A stretch of 64,000 nucleotides of DNA from Escherichia phage APECc02. The stretch is taken from sequence record NC_041869.1; one strand, written 5' to 3'. The translations under genes were made by a program, and so were the position numbers. Shown here one piece after another: positions 46,718 through 56,464 of this stretch. How positions within the stretch are numbered: the first letter of the stretch is position 1; every line of letters begins with the position of its first letter. The notes under the pieces were generated by a model. It saw only the letters and a program-made list of their open reading frames with translations, had not been told where the DNA came from and did not search any database.

Positions 46718-47761
46718 ATGACTAAACCAGTTATCCCTCTTGATATTTGGGCCAATCAGGATGTTGTGCTTGAAAATACGGGAGAGTTGAATAAGTCTCA
46801 ACCAAAAAAAGAAGAGAGATTGAAAGGTTGGGATATGGCACAAAGAGTGGCATGTGAAGTTGTTAACTTTGAACTTCACATGCTTTCTGCGTGGTTAAAG
46901 CATCTAACAGAAGATGTTGTCCCAGGATGGGATAATAGATTCTTAAGGGTCACTAATAATCTAGCAGACGTTCCAGACAAAGCTGCTGCACGTCAAGTTC
47001 TCAATGTATACTCGCCTGAAGAAATGGACGATTTGTATGTTGACAAGTCTGGAGACATAATGACTCAGACTCAAACTTTAGGTCTTCAAAGAATCGAGTT
47101 TGCATCTGCGTCAACAGACAATGCGGCAATATATACCACCATAACTCCAGACAAGACGACGATGGATTTCTGGATTATGGACAACATCGGTGGTGCTGAC
47201 GGCACAGACCTTGATGATCCTTCTCACCAAATAGACGGGTTCCGTTGGAGATTTCAACCTTCTGGTGGGCAGCCTGTGTTTTCGGCTATGAAGCTCAATG
47301 CTATAACTGCCAACCGTGCAAGACTGGCCATCCAAGGAAATCTTGAATGCAACGATGCAAAAAGTTCCTCTGCAAATGCCAATGCGGTCACGATACCAAG
47401 AGCCACTGTTAACGGACAACAATCCTGCGGAAGCGCTCAAATAGGTGGAAGAGTTGATTGTAACGATGAAACAGTCAGGGGTCAATATGCAACAGTTGGT
47501 GGAAGAAACGTGGTCCGCAGGGTAAATGGTAACGGCGCAGACAGTAGTGGTAACCTTACTATCCCTATGCCCAGCAGAGGGGTTGATGATGTAAGGATAG
47601 CAAACCGTTTCAAAACCACCTACAGAGAGTCAAGAGTCTACCCTGGACATGTGATGTGCTCTGGTAACTACGCTTATAAACACCCTTATCAAGGTGATTA
47701 CTGGACAGGTGCTATCCAAAAACTTGTAAATGGTCAATGGATCACTATATCTTATGCTTAA
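46718..47761 (+). CDS. receptor-binding tail fibre protein (paralog B)
   Basis: 347 aa; ends GAIQKLVNGQWITISYA; N-terminus similar to paralog A. Confidence 0.55.
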   Translation: MTKPVIPLDIWANQDVVLENTGELNKSQPKKEERLKGWDMAQRVACEVVNFELHMLSAWLKHLTEDVVPGWDNRFLRVTNNLADVPDKAAARQVLNVYSPEEMDDLYVDKSGDIMTQTQTLGLQRIEFASASTDNAAIYTTITPDKTTMDFWIMDNIGGADGTDLDDPSHQIDGFRWRFQPSGGQPVFSAMKLNAITANRARLAIQGNLECNDAKSSSANANAVTIPRATVNGQQSCGSAQIGGRVDCNDETVRGQYATVGGRNVVRRVNGNGADSSGNLTIPMPSRGVDDVRIANRFKTTYRESRVYPGHVMCSGNYAYKHPYQGDYWTGAIQKLVNGQWITISYA

Positions 47762-47772
47762 AAAGAGGGTAA

Positions 47773-48039
47773 ATGAAACTAACTCAGTTTTTATGGGGAC
47801 TGGTTGCGGCATCTGATGACCCTACGAAAGTGTCCCAAACTAAGCTATGGTCGAACATAGGCATGGCGGTGATGACTGGGGTGTTTATTCATATGGGGTA
47901 TAATGATACGCTTCCTGAATGGTATGCGTGGATATACGCGCCTTCAGTAGCTTGCCCCCAGCTTATTAGCAAATTCATCTCGCTCCGGTGGGGTTGCCAG
48001 CACCCTGACCACGTTAAAAACGAAGAGCAAAAAGCTTAA
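47773..48039 (+). CDS. hypothetical small membrane protein (two predicted TM segments)
   Basis: 88 aa; hydrophobic segments FLWGLVAASD and IGMAVMTGVFIHM, charged C-terminus. Confidence 0.4.
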   Translation: MKLTQFLWGLVAASDDPTKVSQTKLWSNIGMAVMTGVFIHMGYNDTLPEWYAWIYAPSVACPQLISKFISLRWGCQHPDHVKNEEQKA

Positions 48040-48048
48040 GGAGAAATC

Positions 48049-49809
48049 ATGGCGCAAGACATGACAAGCTTTGAGCAGGCGGTAGATCAAGTAATTGTTG
48101 ATTCTGAACGTTTGCACTTGGTTGTCAACGGTAACGCTGTGGATGAAGTTGTCGTAGAGGATGGGACCACCATCCCTACGGTACGAAAAGCCATGCTTGA
48201 CAACCTTTATTTTAAAACGCCACCGATCCCTTGGGCGTATGGTGCATCCACAACAGTTTTTAACCAGCTGTACGAGTTTAAAGGGGACACAGGCCCTCAG
48301 TGGTGGTACGCTCCCGCAGCATCAAAATCTAACCCGGTTAGAATGCCAGCAGATCCTTCACAATCTCCAAACTGGAGATTATATACCGACTCTGCAGTAA
48401 TGGCAAAATACTACGCAAAACTTAACAGCCCGAGGTTCGAAGGTGACCCACGAGTACCTACACCTCCAATGGACGATAAGTCAGAGTCCATAGCAAACAC
48501 AGAGTTTGTTGTTGACTATGTTGATAGCATATTTAAAGCCATGGAGGGGATGAAAGTTACTGTAGGGTCTTTGGTGGTAAAAGGTCTTACAGAACTCGCT
48601 AACACTATAGTTGGTGGCACCCTTACCTTACATGGACCTGTTAATGGGGCAGATTCTACTGCACGCTTTAGGAATCTAATCCTCACGGCAAATACTTCTA
48701 CACTTACTTTTGCGTGGAGCGATCCTAAGCATGCAGACTGGAGAAGTACAGAGCTGCAACCTCATGAAGTGTCCACCCACAGGGTTATAGCTGACAGGGT
48801 TATAGCTGACACTATAACTTCTGGGAAACCAGTGGCTAATAATAACGATGTGCATTTTGATGGTCTGGGTAATAACTTTTTTGACTACGTGTACATTCGT
48901 GGTAATGCCATGAAGGCAGCAACCGAACCGACATTGCAGGTCGATGGGACCACCAGGGTTAAGAACCTTGAGGTGACAGGTACCGTTACAGGGATAACAT
49001 ACTCTGTCGATGGCACCATGATCTACCCTAGCTATATTGAAAGCACGGGTGATGCATTGATAAATGGCGATTTGGAGGTTGGCGGGTCTGTAGTTATTCG
49101 AGGTACAGCCTCTATCCAAAATATAGCTCTGAATACTCTAAGAGTCAATGAGCGTGCAACTTTTGAAGGAGAAGGGCTTACAGCCAATAAAGGTACAATT
49201 ACCGAGCTAACCACCACCACTTTAACTGCAACAACTGCAAACTCTGAAAACTGCAACATTACCAGAAACTTGCAGGTAAATGGAGATGTTAGTTTAAACG
49301 CCGCAGGGACTGGCACCACCCACCTTCACAACCTTGAAATATCCGGCACAGTGACCGGGTGGCTGCCAGACTTCTCTAATGTCAACTTTGTCTGTAATGG
49401 CATTAACTCCAGTGGTAAGATAACCACCTCTCAAGAAATTGAGGCGGGTAAAACCATTACTGCCCCTACTTTCCACGCAGGAAAGGTAGATTTTGACTTA
49501 GAGGAGGTTGACGCGTCCAGTGGGACATGGACACCTAACGGGCAGGCCAGCATGTATGTTGTCCACGCGAAAGGGGATTTTACAATAGGACAGTGGCCTG
49601 GGACATCAGCGGAAGATAAACCTTATCCATTCACTGCAGTTATCTATGTCATTCAGGATGCTGTAGGTCACAACGTGACTTTGCACGATAAGTATGCTAT
49701 CCTGTCGGCAACACCTGTTATTAACAACAAGGCTAACAGTGTTACCTTGCTGCAATTAACGTATTGTGGTGTTGGTGATATTGTAGACGTAGTAATTGCA
49801 CAACGTTAA
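48049..49809 (+). CDS. tail fibre protein
   Basis: 586 aa, Thr/Gly/Asn-rich repetitive beta-type sequence. Confidence 0.5.
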   Translation: MAQDMTSFEQAVDQVIVDSERLHLVVNGNAVDEVVVEDGTTIPTVRKAMLDNLYFKTPPIPWAYGASTTVFNQLYEFKGDTGPQWWYAPAASKSNPVRMPADPSQSPNWRLYTDSAVMAKYYAKLNSPRFEGDPRVPTPPMDDKSESIANTEFVVDYVDSIFKAMEGMKVTVGSLVVKGLTELANTIVGGTLTLHGPVNGADSTARFRNLILTANTSTLTFAWSDPKHADWRSTELQPHEVSTHRVIADRVIADTITSGKPVANNNDVHFDGLGNNFFDYVYIRGNAMKAATEPTLQVDGTTRVKNLEVTGTVTGITYSVDGTMIYPSYIESTGDALINGDLEVGGSVVIRGTASIQNIALNTLRVNERATFEGEGLTANKGTITELTTTTLTATTANSENCNITRNLQVNGDVSLNAAGTGTTHLHNLEISGTVTGWLPDFSNVNFVCNGINSSGKITTSQEIEAGKTITAPTFHAGKVDFDLEEVDASSGTWTPNGQASMYVVHAKGDFTIGQWPGTSAEDKPYPFTAVIYVIQDAVGHNVTLHDKYAILSATPVINNKANSVTLLQLTYCGVGDIVDVVIAQR

Positions 49810-49818
49810 TATATCTAA

Positions 49819-49844
49819 CCGCTCCTGACGGGGCGGTTTTCTTA
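49819..49844 (+). terminator. rho-independent terminator
   Basis: CCGCTCC-TGAC-GGGGCGG then TTTTCTT. Confidence 0.6.
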
Positions 49845-49857
49845 TCTGGAGAACACA

Positions 49858-50295
49858 ATGCTTCCAATCCCTTTGCTAAAACTTGGTCGTCATTTCCTCG
49901 ATAAGAGGGGTGGAATTAAGGAACTTGCTGTTCTGTCATACCCAATAGACAACAGTGATGGTACAAGCAACACAGTATCCTATGTAAATAGCTTAGCTAT
50001 ACTTTTTGATGATGGTCAGCTTAATATTACTGGCTATAATAGGTTCGGAGAGTGTCGGACTGGAGATCTTGATACAATAAACTATCCTAATGAGGCAGCT
50101 TGGAACGTAGACCATGTTTGGAGAGCTGACCGTGCATTTGTAATCCGCACATTCGATAATAAATTTTTCTATATTGGTTGCACAGCTGGTCTTATCGGGA
50201 TCGGAGGCAGCAGGTGGAAACGATGTTTGTGTCAGAGAGTGGGCACCTTTGCCGGAACAGATCGTAACAGGGTTGCATTTGGACACCCATCCTGA
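49858..50295 (+). CDS. tail fibre-like protein, N-terminal segment (frame 1)
   Basis: GGAG RBS; overlaps open frame 2 from 50144. Confidence 0.4.
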   Translation: MLPIPLLKLGRHFLDKRGGIKELAVLSYPIDNSDGTSNTVSYVNSLAILFDDGQLNITGYNRFGECRTGDLDTINYPNEAAWNVDHVWRADRAFVIRTFDNKFFYIGCTAGLIGIGGSRWKRCLCQRVGTFAGTDRNRVAFGHPS

Positions 50296-51223
50296 GAGAC
50301 TTGTTGAAGTAATGGGTGGCGTAAACAATACAGTGTGGGTAATTGCTGCACCAGAGGCTGATGGTATGCTTCACCTGTACGGCTCTGGCAATAATACTTA
50401 CGGCTCTCTTCATGTTGACAAAAGTCAACACGCTACTCCAGTTAAGATCGGTGAAACATCTGAAAGTCCAGAGACAGGTCCTTGGAAAAATCCAAGAATT
50501 AATTGTGAAGTTCATGACAACTCGGTTATTTTTGGTGGTCCTAACGGATTCTGGATTGCAGGTTACGATTTCTTAAGAAATAACAGCAAAAACACACTAG
50601 TTTATCCAGCCGAGCATGTGACTCTTGACCAGTTTAAAGGCATCCCGGTGGGCGAGACATGGAAAGGGTTCATGTGTGGACCTAATGGTGCAATTATAGC
50701 CACAGAAAGGATGCACAAACCTGATGACCAACAGCTTGTTAATGTGTTTTATGGTCAGGATGTTTGGGGTGACGACACGTGGAGAAGCCTTAACATCACC
50801 TATACCCATGAAGTAATTATGGCTCGCGGGTACGGGACTAGTGGAATTTTCTTCAATAATGGTACAAAACAGTACCGTGGTTTCTCCAGAAACCTGTGTA
50901 ACGATATTGGTGCTCAATCTGCTAATAATAGTCCTAGGGCCAATTTTATTCATTACAGAGCGCTGGCAACAGCTAAGTTTGTTGAACAGACAGAGCCAGT
51001 AAGCTGGACAGAAAGCGTTTATTTTCAAGGGATCCACAGGGAAGGTTTCTTAGGCACATTCTGTGTGGTAAATGGAAAGCTTTGGTGGTCAGGAATACCA
51101 CGTGGTAGTTTTTCAGGATCTAATAACCTCTTTAGCGGCAGACTTAACAGCCAAGGGTTGCTAAAGTTTTCTCAGGTATTAAATGGAATCTACCTGTCCA
51201 AAGTATTTCATGGAAGCAAATAG
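50174..51223 (+). CDS. tail fibre-like protein, middle segment (frame 2; no ATG/RBS, likely continuation)
   Basis: 349-codon ORF; first in-frame start candidate is TTG without RBS. Confidence 0.4.
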   Translation: MVAQLVLSGSEAAGGNDVCVREWAPLPEQIVTGLHLDTHPERLVEVMGGVNNTVWVIAAPEADGMLHLYGSGNNTYGSLHVDKSQHATPVKIGETSESPETGPWKNPRINCEVHDNSVIFGGPNGFWIAGYDFLRNNSKNTLVYPAEHVTLDQFKGIPVGETWKGFMCGPNGAIIATERMHKPDDQQLVNVFYGQDVWGDDTWRSLNITYTHEVIMARGYGTSGIFFNNGTKQYRGFSRNLCNDIGAQSANNSPRANFIHYRALATAKFVEQTEPVSWTESVYFQGIHREGFLGTFCVVNGKLWWSGIPRGSFSGSNNLFSGRLNSQGLLKFSQVLNGIYLSKVFHGSK

Positions 51224-51324
51224 GTGATAACAAGCTGCTGGTTACCCCTGCCTGTCAGTTCAACGCAACTCTTAACGTTGATCCTGCTGTTGCGGCAAAC
51301 TCAGCTAAAGCTTCTGACTTCTCT

Positions 51325-52530
51325 GTGTCTAACACTGCTATGGCAGATGTGAGGAAGATTGACACGCTGAACGCCAGAATTACCTGTAAAAACACTTATG
51401 GCACATTCCAAATCATCAACAACTTCACAGATGCTGATTCTAAGGTAGTGAGGACAGCAAGCCAGACTCTGAGTTTAGGGACTCTGGCCTATGCGGCCCT
51501 GATCACCGAACAGTCGGCAACACTCCAAGGAGGCGGTGTAGGCAAGTCCATTGCAACACCTGTGTGGAAGCCGAATGAGTGGGTTGTGTTTGATTTGACT
51601 GTGGACTTCTCCAGTGATAATAACTGGACATGGGTAAGGAATTGTTTGTCACAGTTGATGGGCGGTCCAAGCTCCGTTAGTGATAGTCACGACTCTACTG
51701 ACCCGAGTGTGTTCCAGGTAGGTAAAACTCACCCAGAGACTGGAGAAACGTTGCCTGACAGGAAGTATGCGTTGGTTTGCATCTCTTACGGGAAGGCAGA
51801 TGTCACCTTCTCAGGGACACACACTTATAACGGAACCTACAATTTCTCAAGGAAGTATAGTCTCAAAGCAGGGAACATTATAGACGAGGTTGGTGCACTG
51901 TATAATCCTGGCAACGGCATAGGGATTGTGGGTGGTCAACTGCAGATGCAGGAACCTTCTATTACCCCTTCCAACGTATCTGGGATTAGAAAGACTTGGG
52001 AAAGTAGCAATACCAACATTGCAACAGTGGATGCTACCACAGGACTGGTAACATTTAAAGCTACTGGGAATGTCACCATAAAGTTTGTAGTTACAGATGA
52101 TGCAGGCCGCAAAACGTCCTCAACATCATTCACTGTCAAACAGATGGCACCTCAGTGGTTTATTTGGGAAGGAAATCCTCTTGACGGGGCCTACCCTAGA
52201 CCTGCAGGAACGTCTAATATGAGGGTCTTTACCGGTCCGGTAATGAACAATCCGACCACAACCACCAACCCTACATTTTTTGGTGCTTACATACCTGAAA
52301 TTATTGGCCTACCAAGGAACCAGATACAACTGCTTTTCGGAGCAGGTGTTGATGGTCTAGCCACTTTTGGGTACAGTGACAACATTGATGCAGCCAGAAG
52401 CTCGGGTTGGATTGGATTTAAGTTTCAGTGGAACCCTGGTGGTAGAACATTAGGTCTTGCAAGCATAGGTGTTATGCTACCTGGTAACCAGCAATACCAT
52501 CTCGAAGCTTATACAAACTTCCCTAGTTAA
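51325..52530 (+). CDS. tail fibre-like protein, C-terminal segment with bacterial Ig-like (BIG2-type) domain
   Basis: Frame 1 is open from 51148; Ig-like segment ITPSNVSGIRKTWESSNTNIATVDATTGLVTFKATGNVTIKFVVTDDAGRKTSSTSFTV. Confidence 0.45.
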   Translation: MSNTAMADVRKIDTLNARITCKNTYGTFQIINNFTDADSKVVRTASQTLSLGTLAYAALITEQSATLQGGGVGKSIATPVWKPNEWVVFDLTVDFSSDNNWTWVRNCLSQLMGGPSSVSDSHDSTDPSVFQVGKTHPETGETLPDRKYALVCISYGKADVTFSGTHTYNGTYNFSRKYSLKAGNIIDEVGALYNPGNGIGIVGGQLQMQEPSITPSNVSGIRKTWESSNTNIATVDATTGLVTFKATGNVTIKFVVTDDAGRKTSSTSFTVKQMAPQWFIWEGNPLDGAYPRPAGTSNMRVFTGPVMNNPTTTTNPTFFGAYIPEIIGLPRNQIQLLFGAGVDGLATFGYSDNIDAARSSGWIGFKFQWNPGGRTLGLASIGVMLPGNQQYHLEAYTNFPS

Positions 52531-52540
52531 CAGGAGGAAA

Positions 52541-52572
52541 ATAAAAAGGGGCCAAACGGCCCCTTTCTTTTT
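52541..52572. terminator. bidirectional rho-independent terminator between convergent operons
   Basis: A-run, GGGGCC-AAAC-GGCCCC, T-run. Confidence 0.7.
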
Positions 52573-52576
52573 ATAA

Positions 52577-52777
52577 TTAGTAATATTCCCAACACGACCC
52601 ATCTTCAGACGGCTGGACACGCTTACCTTCATGATCGACATAGGTGTAACCACAGCCTTCACAGATAACAGGTGCCGCATAACCTTCCTTCCACTGCTTC
52701 TCCGTGATCAATCCTTTCAGATCTCCGCAGTCACGACCAAACAACTCTTCAGAACAGTCTTTACAAAAATCAGCCAT
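52577..52777 (-). CDS. hypothetical Cys-rich (zinc-ribbon-like) protein
   Basis: 66 aa; CKDC...CEGCG. Confidence 0.4.
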   Translation of the reverse strand: MADFCKDCSEELFGRDCGDLKGLITEKQWKEGYAAPVICEGCGYTYVDHEGKRVQPSEDGSCWEYY

Positions 52778-52843
52778 CTCTATCAGTCTCCATATTTAAC
52801 CAATCTATATTACATATTGCCGAAGAAACAGTATTTCATTTCA

Positions 52844-53062
52844 TCACAGATCTCCAACAACTTCCCAAATACCCCAGTGAGCATCTATATCCTTGATAAA
52901 GTATCTTTCTCCACGGTTTGTCCACACACCTATCCCAACTTTACCATCTATCCCATTGTATACATCTGCCTCATACTCTTTGCCCGGTGTAAAGTGTACA
53001 CCCATCATAAGGGCTGTTATTCCGTTAGGATTTTTAAATTTAACAAATTTTACTTTGCTCAT
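52844..53062 (-). CDS. hypothetical protein
   Basis: 72 aa. Confidence 0.4.
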   Translation of the reverse strand: MSKVKFVKFKNPNGITALMMGVHFTPGKEYEADVYNGIDGKVGIGVWTNRGERYFIKDIDAHWGIWEVVGDL

Positions 53063-53063
53063 A

Positions 53064-53393
53064 TTACTTAATCCTTGCAGTTACAGTAGCGCTATACCCC
53101 ATGTAGTTATGAGACATAAAGAATGTAAGCCCTTTAAGTTCAGGATTCTTTCTAAGAAATCGTTTCAATTTTCGAATGCAATTAACACCATGATCATAGT
53201 TTGAGAAATTAAATTTAATACCCTGCTCCATCATAGTGCACACTTCTTCATGGGTATGCCATTGTCTATCGTGGTCACAAAACCAGTAACCAATACCTTC
53301 TTTTTCTTGGATATGCAATCCCCAAAATACTTTATGCATTGGATATTTTGGTTTTCTACCATGATAATGTAGTTTAATATTCACATGTGCCAT
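53064..53393 (-). CDS. hypothetical protein
   Basis: 109 aa. Confidence 0.4.
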   Translation of the reverse strand: MAHVNIKLHYHGRKPKYPMHKVFWGLHIQEKEGIGYWFCDHDRQWHTHEEVCTMMEQGIKFNFSNYDHGVNCIRKLKRFLRKNPELKGLTFFMSHNYMGYSATVTARIK

Positions 53394-53562
53394 TTTTTGT
53401 TACTCCGTTCTGTATCTGTGATAATGAGAATAGCAAACTGGGGTGTGTGCTGTCAACAACATTTTTTAAGCGTTTTGGGGAAGTTTTTTGAAAGGTGGGT
53501 GTAATCACAAGAGAGGGTGGAGTTATTGAAGGCACAGGCCTCTTTTGAGGCCTTAAAATCGA

Positions 53563-53943
53563 TTATGACACTTTGACGTAGCGCTCTGACAGAGCTGGAA
53601 AGCCAAAAGCAGTACCTACACTGCCGTACGCTATCCACCATTGAAGTTCATCGTGACACCATTTTCCGATCAGAAAGGTGCTTGGGTAGCGGGTCAGTAT
53701 TTTGGCATAAGCTTTAGGGTCTGCATCCTCTGGGATAATGATGCTTGGAACATCTTTGTTATGACCACAGCAGCAGTTTAGAGTTTTCAATCCTGCCGCC
53801 CATAGACTCATGATAGGCTTAGCCATGCACTTATCAAGGCACACACGTTTTTTGCCGTCTCGAAGTTTTTTAGGCACATCGACGATAACATTTGGATGCT
53901 TGGCACCTTTCACTTTCCAATTATAGGATTTACACTTGCACAT
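53563..53943 (-). CDS. hypothetical Cys-rich protein
   Basis: 126 aa, CxC...CCCGH. Confidence 0.4.
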   Translation of the reverse strand: MCKCKSYNWKVKGAKHPNVIVDVPKKLRDGKKRVCLDKCMAKPIMSLWAAGLKTLNCCCGHNKDVPSIIIPEDADPKAYAKILTRYPSTFLIGKWCHDELQWWIAYGSVGTAFGFPALSERYVKVS

Positions 53944-54150
53944 TTAATCAGTCTCCGTCTAGAAAGCAATACTTTACTTAAAATCTTTGTCACCTATTAC
54001 GATTGCACGAATCCACTCATTGTGATGTTCAATGGCGGTAAGGTGTAACATAATGCAGTGATTGTCATTACTAAACACGGTGCGGTAAGCTTTGGCAGCA
54101 CCATGATATAACTTCCACATCAGGTAATGATATCTTCGCCTCATGACTCT

Positions 54151-54621
54151 TTACTCCGGTTCAGGGTCTGGGTAATCTTCAATAATAAAGGGCCATCCGT
54201 TCCGCTTAGCCTCAGACTTATACTCAATCTCCTTCATTGCAAACTCTAACTGATTCTTAGCCGGAATACATGCCGGAGAATCATCAATCCAGATATCTGG
54301 GTAGATATCAAACTGCGCCAGATAGGCTGCCTTCTGAACACCACCAGTATAAAACACACCAACATCAAGCTCCTTGCGCCAATACTCAATGTCTACATTG
54401 TCTTGAGTAATGAATCGGAAAGTCACAAGGTAGACTGTCCACCCCTCCTTCTTCAGATCCCTGGTCAGGCGGGAGAAGATGAAAGGGCTCGCATTAAACG
54501 TTCCATCAAAGTCAATGGCAATGATGTGCGTGCCGTGGCGAGTCTCATATGGATTGCTCGTGGTAAGATTGCTGTAATTAAAAGGGACTTCTTCCCCGCA
54601 GTAGCTGTAGTCCATATTCAC
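54151..54621 (-). CDS. HAD-superfamily phosphatase
   Basis: Motif I IAIDFDGT (DxDGT). Confidence 0.6.
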   Translation of the reverse strand: MNMDYSYCGEEVPFNYSNLTTSNPYETRHGTHIIAIDFDGTFNASPFIFSRLTRDLKKEGWTVYLVTFRFITQDNVDIEYWRKELDVGVFYTGGVQKAAYLAQFDIYPDIWIDDSPACIPAKNQLEFAMKEIEYKSEAKRNGWPFIIEDYPDPEPE

Positions 54622-54893
54622 ACCTTCTCGTTGATAAATTTACGGGCGGTTTGGTGAGTTGTTTCTGCTGTCTTCAGAATGATATTAATTTTATTGTCAA
54701 GATCATTCATCTCTGCAGTTAATTCAGGAATCTCTCCGGCATGCATGGTAAAATCATACATAGACATGCCCAGAATCTCATTGATGCGGCGGTTGCATTC
54801 TGCAGCACGCTGGTTCATTTTCCAAGCTAACACCAAAGCCTCCTGCGTAGCCTCTAGTGCAAAATCTAATACGTCGGCCTCTTCTTTCGTCAT
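54618..54893 (-). CDS. hypothetical protein
   Basis: 91 aa, overlaps downstream start by 4 nt. Confidence 0.4.
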   Translation of the reverse strand: MTKEEADVLDFALEATQEALVLAWKMNQRAAECNRRINEILGMSMYDFTMHAGEIPELTAEMNDLDNKINIILKTAETTHQTARKFINEKV

Positions 54894-54952
54894 CTCAGTC
54901 TCTCCTGTTGTATTGTTGTTGGTAGGTGCATGAATACCTTATAACTCACCTT

Positions 54953-55519
54953 TTATTCAAACTGTAATAGCAAGTCCACTACCGCGCTAGGTCTGTCAAC
55001 AAATTCCCCAGGTCCACATGCCCACAGAGGGTATCCGTCTACATACCGCCAAATCCAACCTGCGGTGTGGAGTTCGAGCAGGGCAGTGCCGTCCTTACTG
55101 TCAACCACTCTTTCCCACAGTGTTGGGCAGCGAAGCTTGAGAATCGGATCACCCCCCTTATACCCGTCCATGTAGATACCCATTGCAAAGTTCAGCATCA
55201 TCTTTTTGTGCACTGATCTCTTACTGAGGGTGCTCATCACTTCCTCTTTGTGAATGTTTGTAAGCTTCTCTTTGGCTACCCGCAGATCGTTGCAACCATT
55301 GTTCAGCAGATCTTCCAAACACTTAATCCGAAGGTCGTGAATGTCTTTGTCGTGTACCGTTGGCACAGGGTCGTAGCGGTATAGCACTGTTGATACGAGG
55401 TTGCTCGGGTGTGGGTCTGACAGCAACCCATAGCCCCAATACTCTTCTGTATCTGAAAGGACAAGACACCCAATGTCTCTGTCAAGCTTTCCTGTGTTGT
55501 AAGCCACATTGACCGCCAT
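54953..55519 (-). CDS. hypothetical protein
   Basis: 188 aa. Confidence 0.45.
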   Translation of the reverse strand: MAVNVAYNTGKLDRDIGCLVLSDTEEYWGYGLLSDPHPSNLVSTVLYRYDPVPTVHDKDIHDLRIKCLEDLLNNGCNDLRVAKEKLTNIHKEEVMSTLSKRSVHKKMMLNFAMGIYMDGYKGGDPILKLRCPTLWERVVDSKDGTALLELHTAGWIWRYVDGYPLWACGPGEFVDRPSAVVDLLLQFE

Positions 55520-55521
55520 GA

Positions 55522-55767
55522 CTATAGCTCCACTAGCAAAGTGCTTTCAAAGTGACGTTCATGCAGACCGTTGTAAGGGACCACTTCCACAACGCCATCA
55601 CGGACATATGGGGCCATCATGGTGGTATAATCTCCAAACGGGTTGGTATTGTCACTAACCACAACCACCTTCTGCCCTTCCTTGGCAGAGTGCCAAATAG
55701 ATCTGCACTTCATCAGGTGTTCGAGAGCCCCAGGTAAAATTTTGTTACGTTCTTTACGGGTCTTCAT
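55522..55767 (-). CDS. hypothetical protein
   Basis: 81 aa. Confidence 0.4.
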   Translation of the reverse strand: MKTRKERNKILPGALEHLMKCRSIWHSAKEGQKVVVVSDNTNPFGDYTTMMAPYVRDGVVEVVPYNGLHERHFESTLLVEL

Positions 55768-56213
55768 AACAGGTATAGCTCCTTATGAAAGTGATCTTTT
55801 AATTTCTCACTGAGAAACTTCTTGATACCTTCCTCTAAAGTGTTTTCGATGTAGTCCAGCTTAACTGCTTCGATGGACATATCATAGATCGCCAGCTCTA
55901 AGCTGTCAAGTCCCATCATAGCATGAACCATAAGATTTTCATCTTCAGATACATTCAGGGGACTTCCTATGACATCTGGAGGCAGAATAGTTTCCCAATT
56001 ATTCTGGGTGGTAGTTCTCCCTCCCTCTGCTTTACGGCGCAGTTCGAATGTGTTCTTAGTGTAGAACACTTCATAAGAAACGATACGACTGTCGCTCTCA
56101 TAATAAACGAAGTTCAGGTAGGAGCCTAGCCGCAGTCGGCAAACTTCCACCCCAAACCATTGTTTCTTATAAGAATTTAGGCTAATGCTGTCGCATTCAC
56201 GTTTGCTCAACAC
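55764..56213 (-). CDS. hypothetical protein
   Basis: 149 aa. Confidence 0.45.
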   Translation of the reverse strand: MLSKRECDSISLNSYKKQWFGVEVCRLRLGSYLNFVYYESDSRIVSYEVFYTKNTFELRRKAEGGRTTTQNNWETILPPDVIGSPLNVSEDENLMVHAMMGLDSLELAIYDMSIEAVKLDYIENTLEEGIKKFLSEKLKDHFHKELYLL

Positions 56214-56229
56214 GGCTCTCTCCTTTTTG

Positions 56230-56463
56230 TTAATCTTCGTAAATCAAGATTTCTGCTTTAGGTTTTCGTGCTTTCAGGTCCAGCTCTATCCAGTGCACCA
56301 TAGCTGTTTCAAGAAAAACAGCTTGGATGCATCCGTCCTCAGCGTGCCCTACCAACATAACAAGATCTTCACCTTCGTCATCTGCATCACGAACATAAAG
56401 AATCTCTCCAGATTCAAAGTCTTTCACAACCTGATTGTTGGATAATTTACGAATTTTTGCCAT
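56230..56463 (-). CDS. small paralog family member D (77 aa)
   Basis: Shares G-E-(I/V)-h...D...V core with upstream paralogs. Confidence 0.5.
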   Translation of the reverse strand: MAKIRKLSNNQVVKDFESGEILYVRDADDEGEDLVMLVGHAEDGCIQAVFLETAMVHWIELDLKARKPKAEILIYED

Positions 56464-56464
56464 A

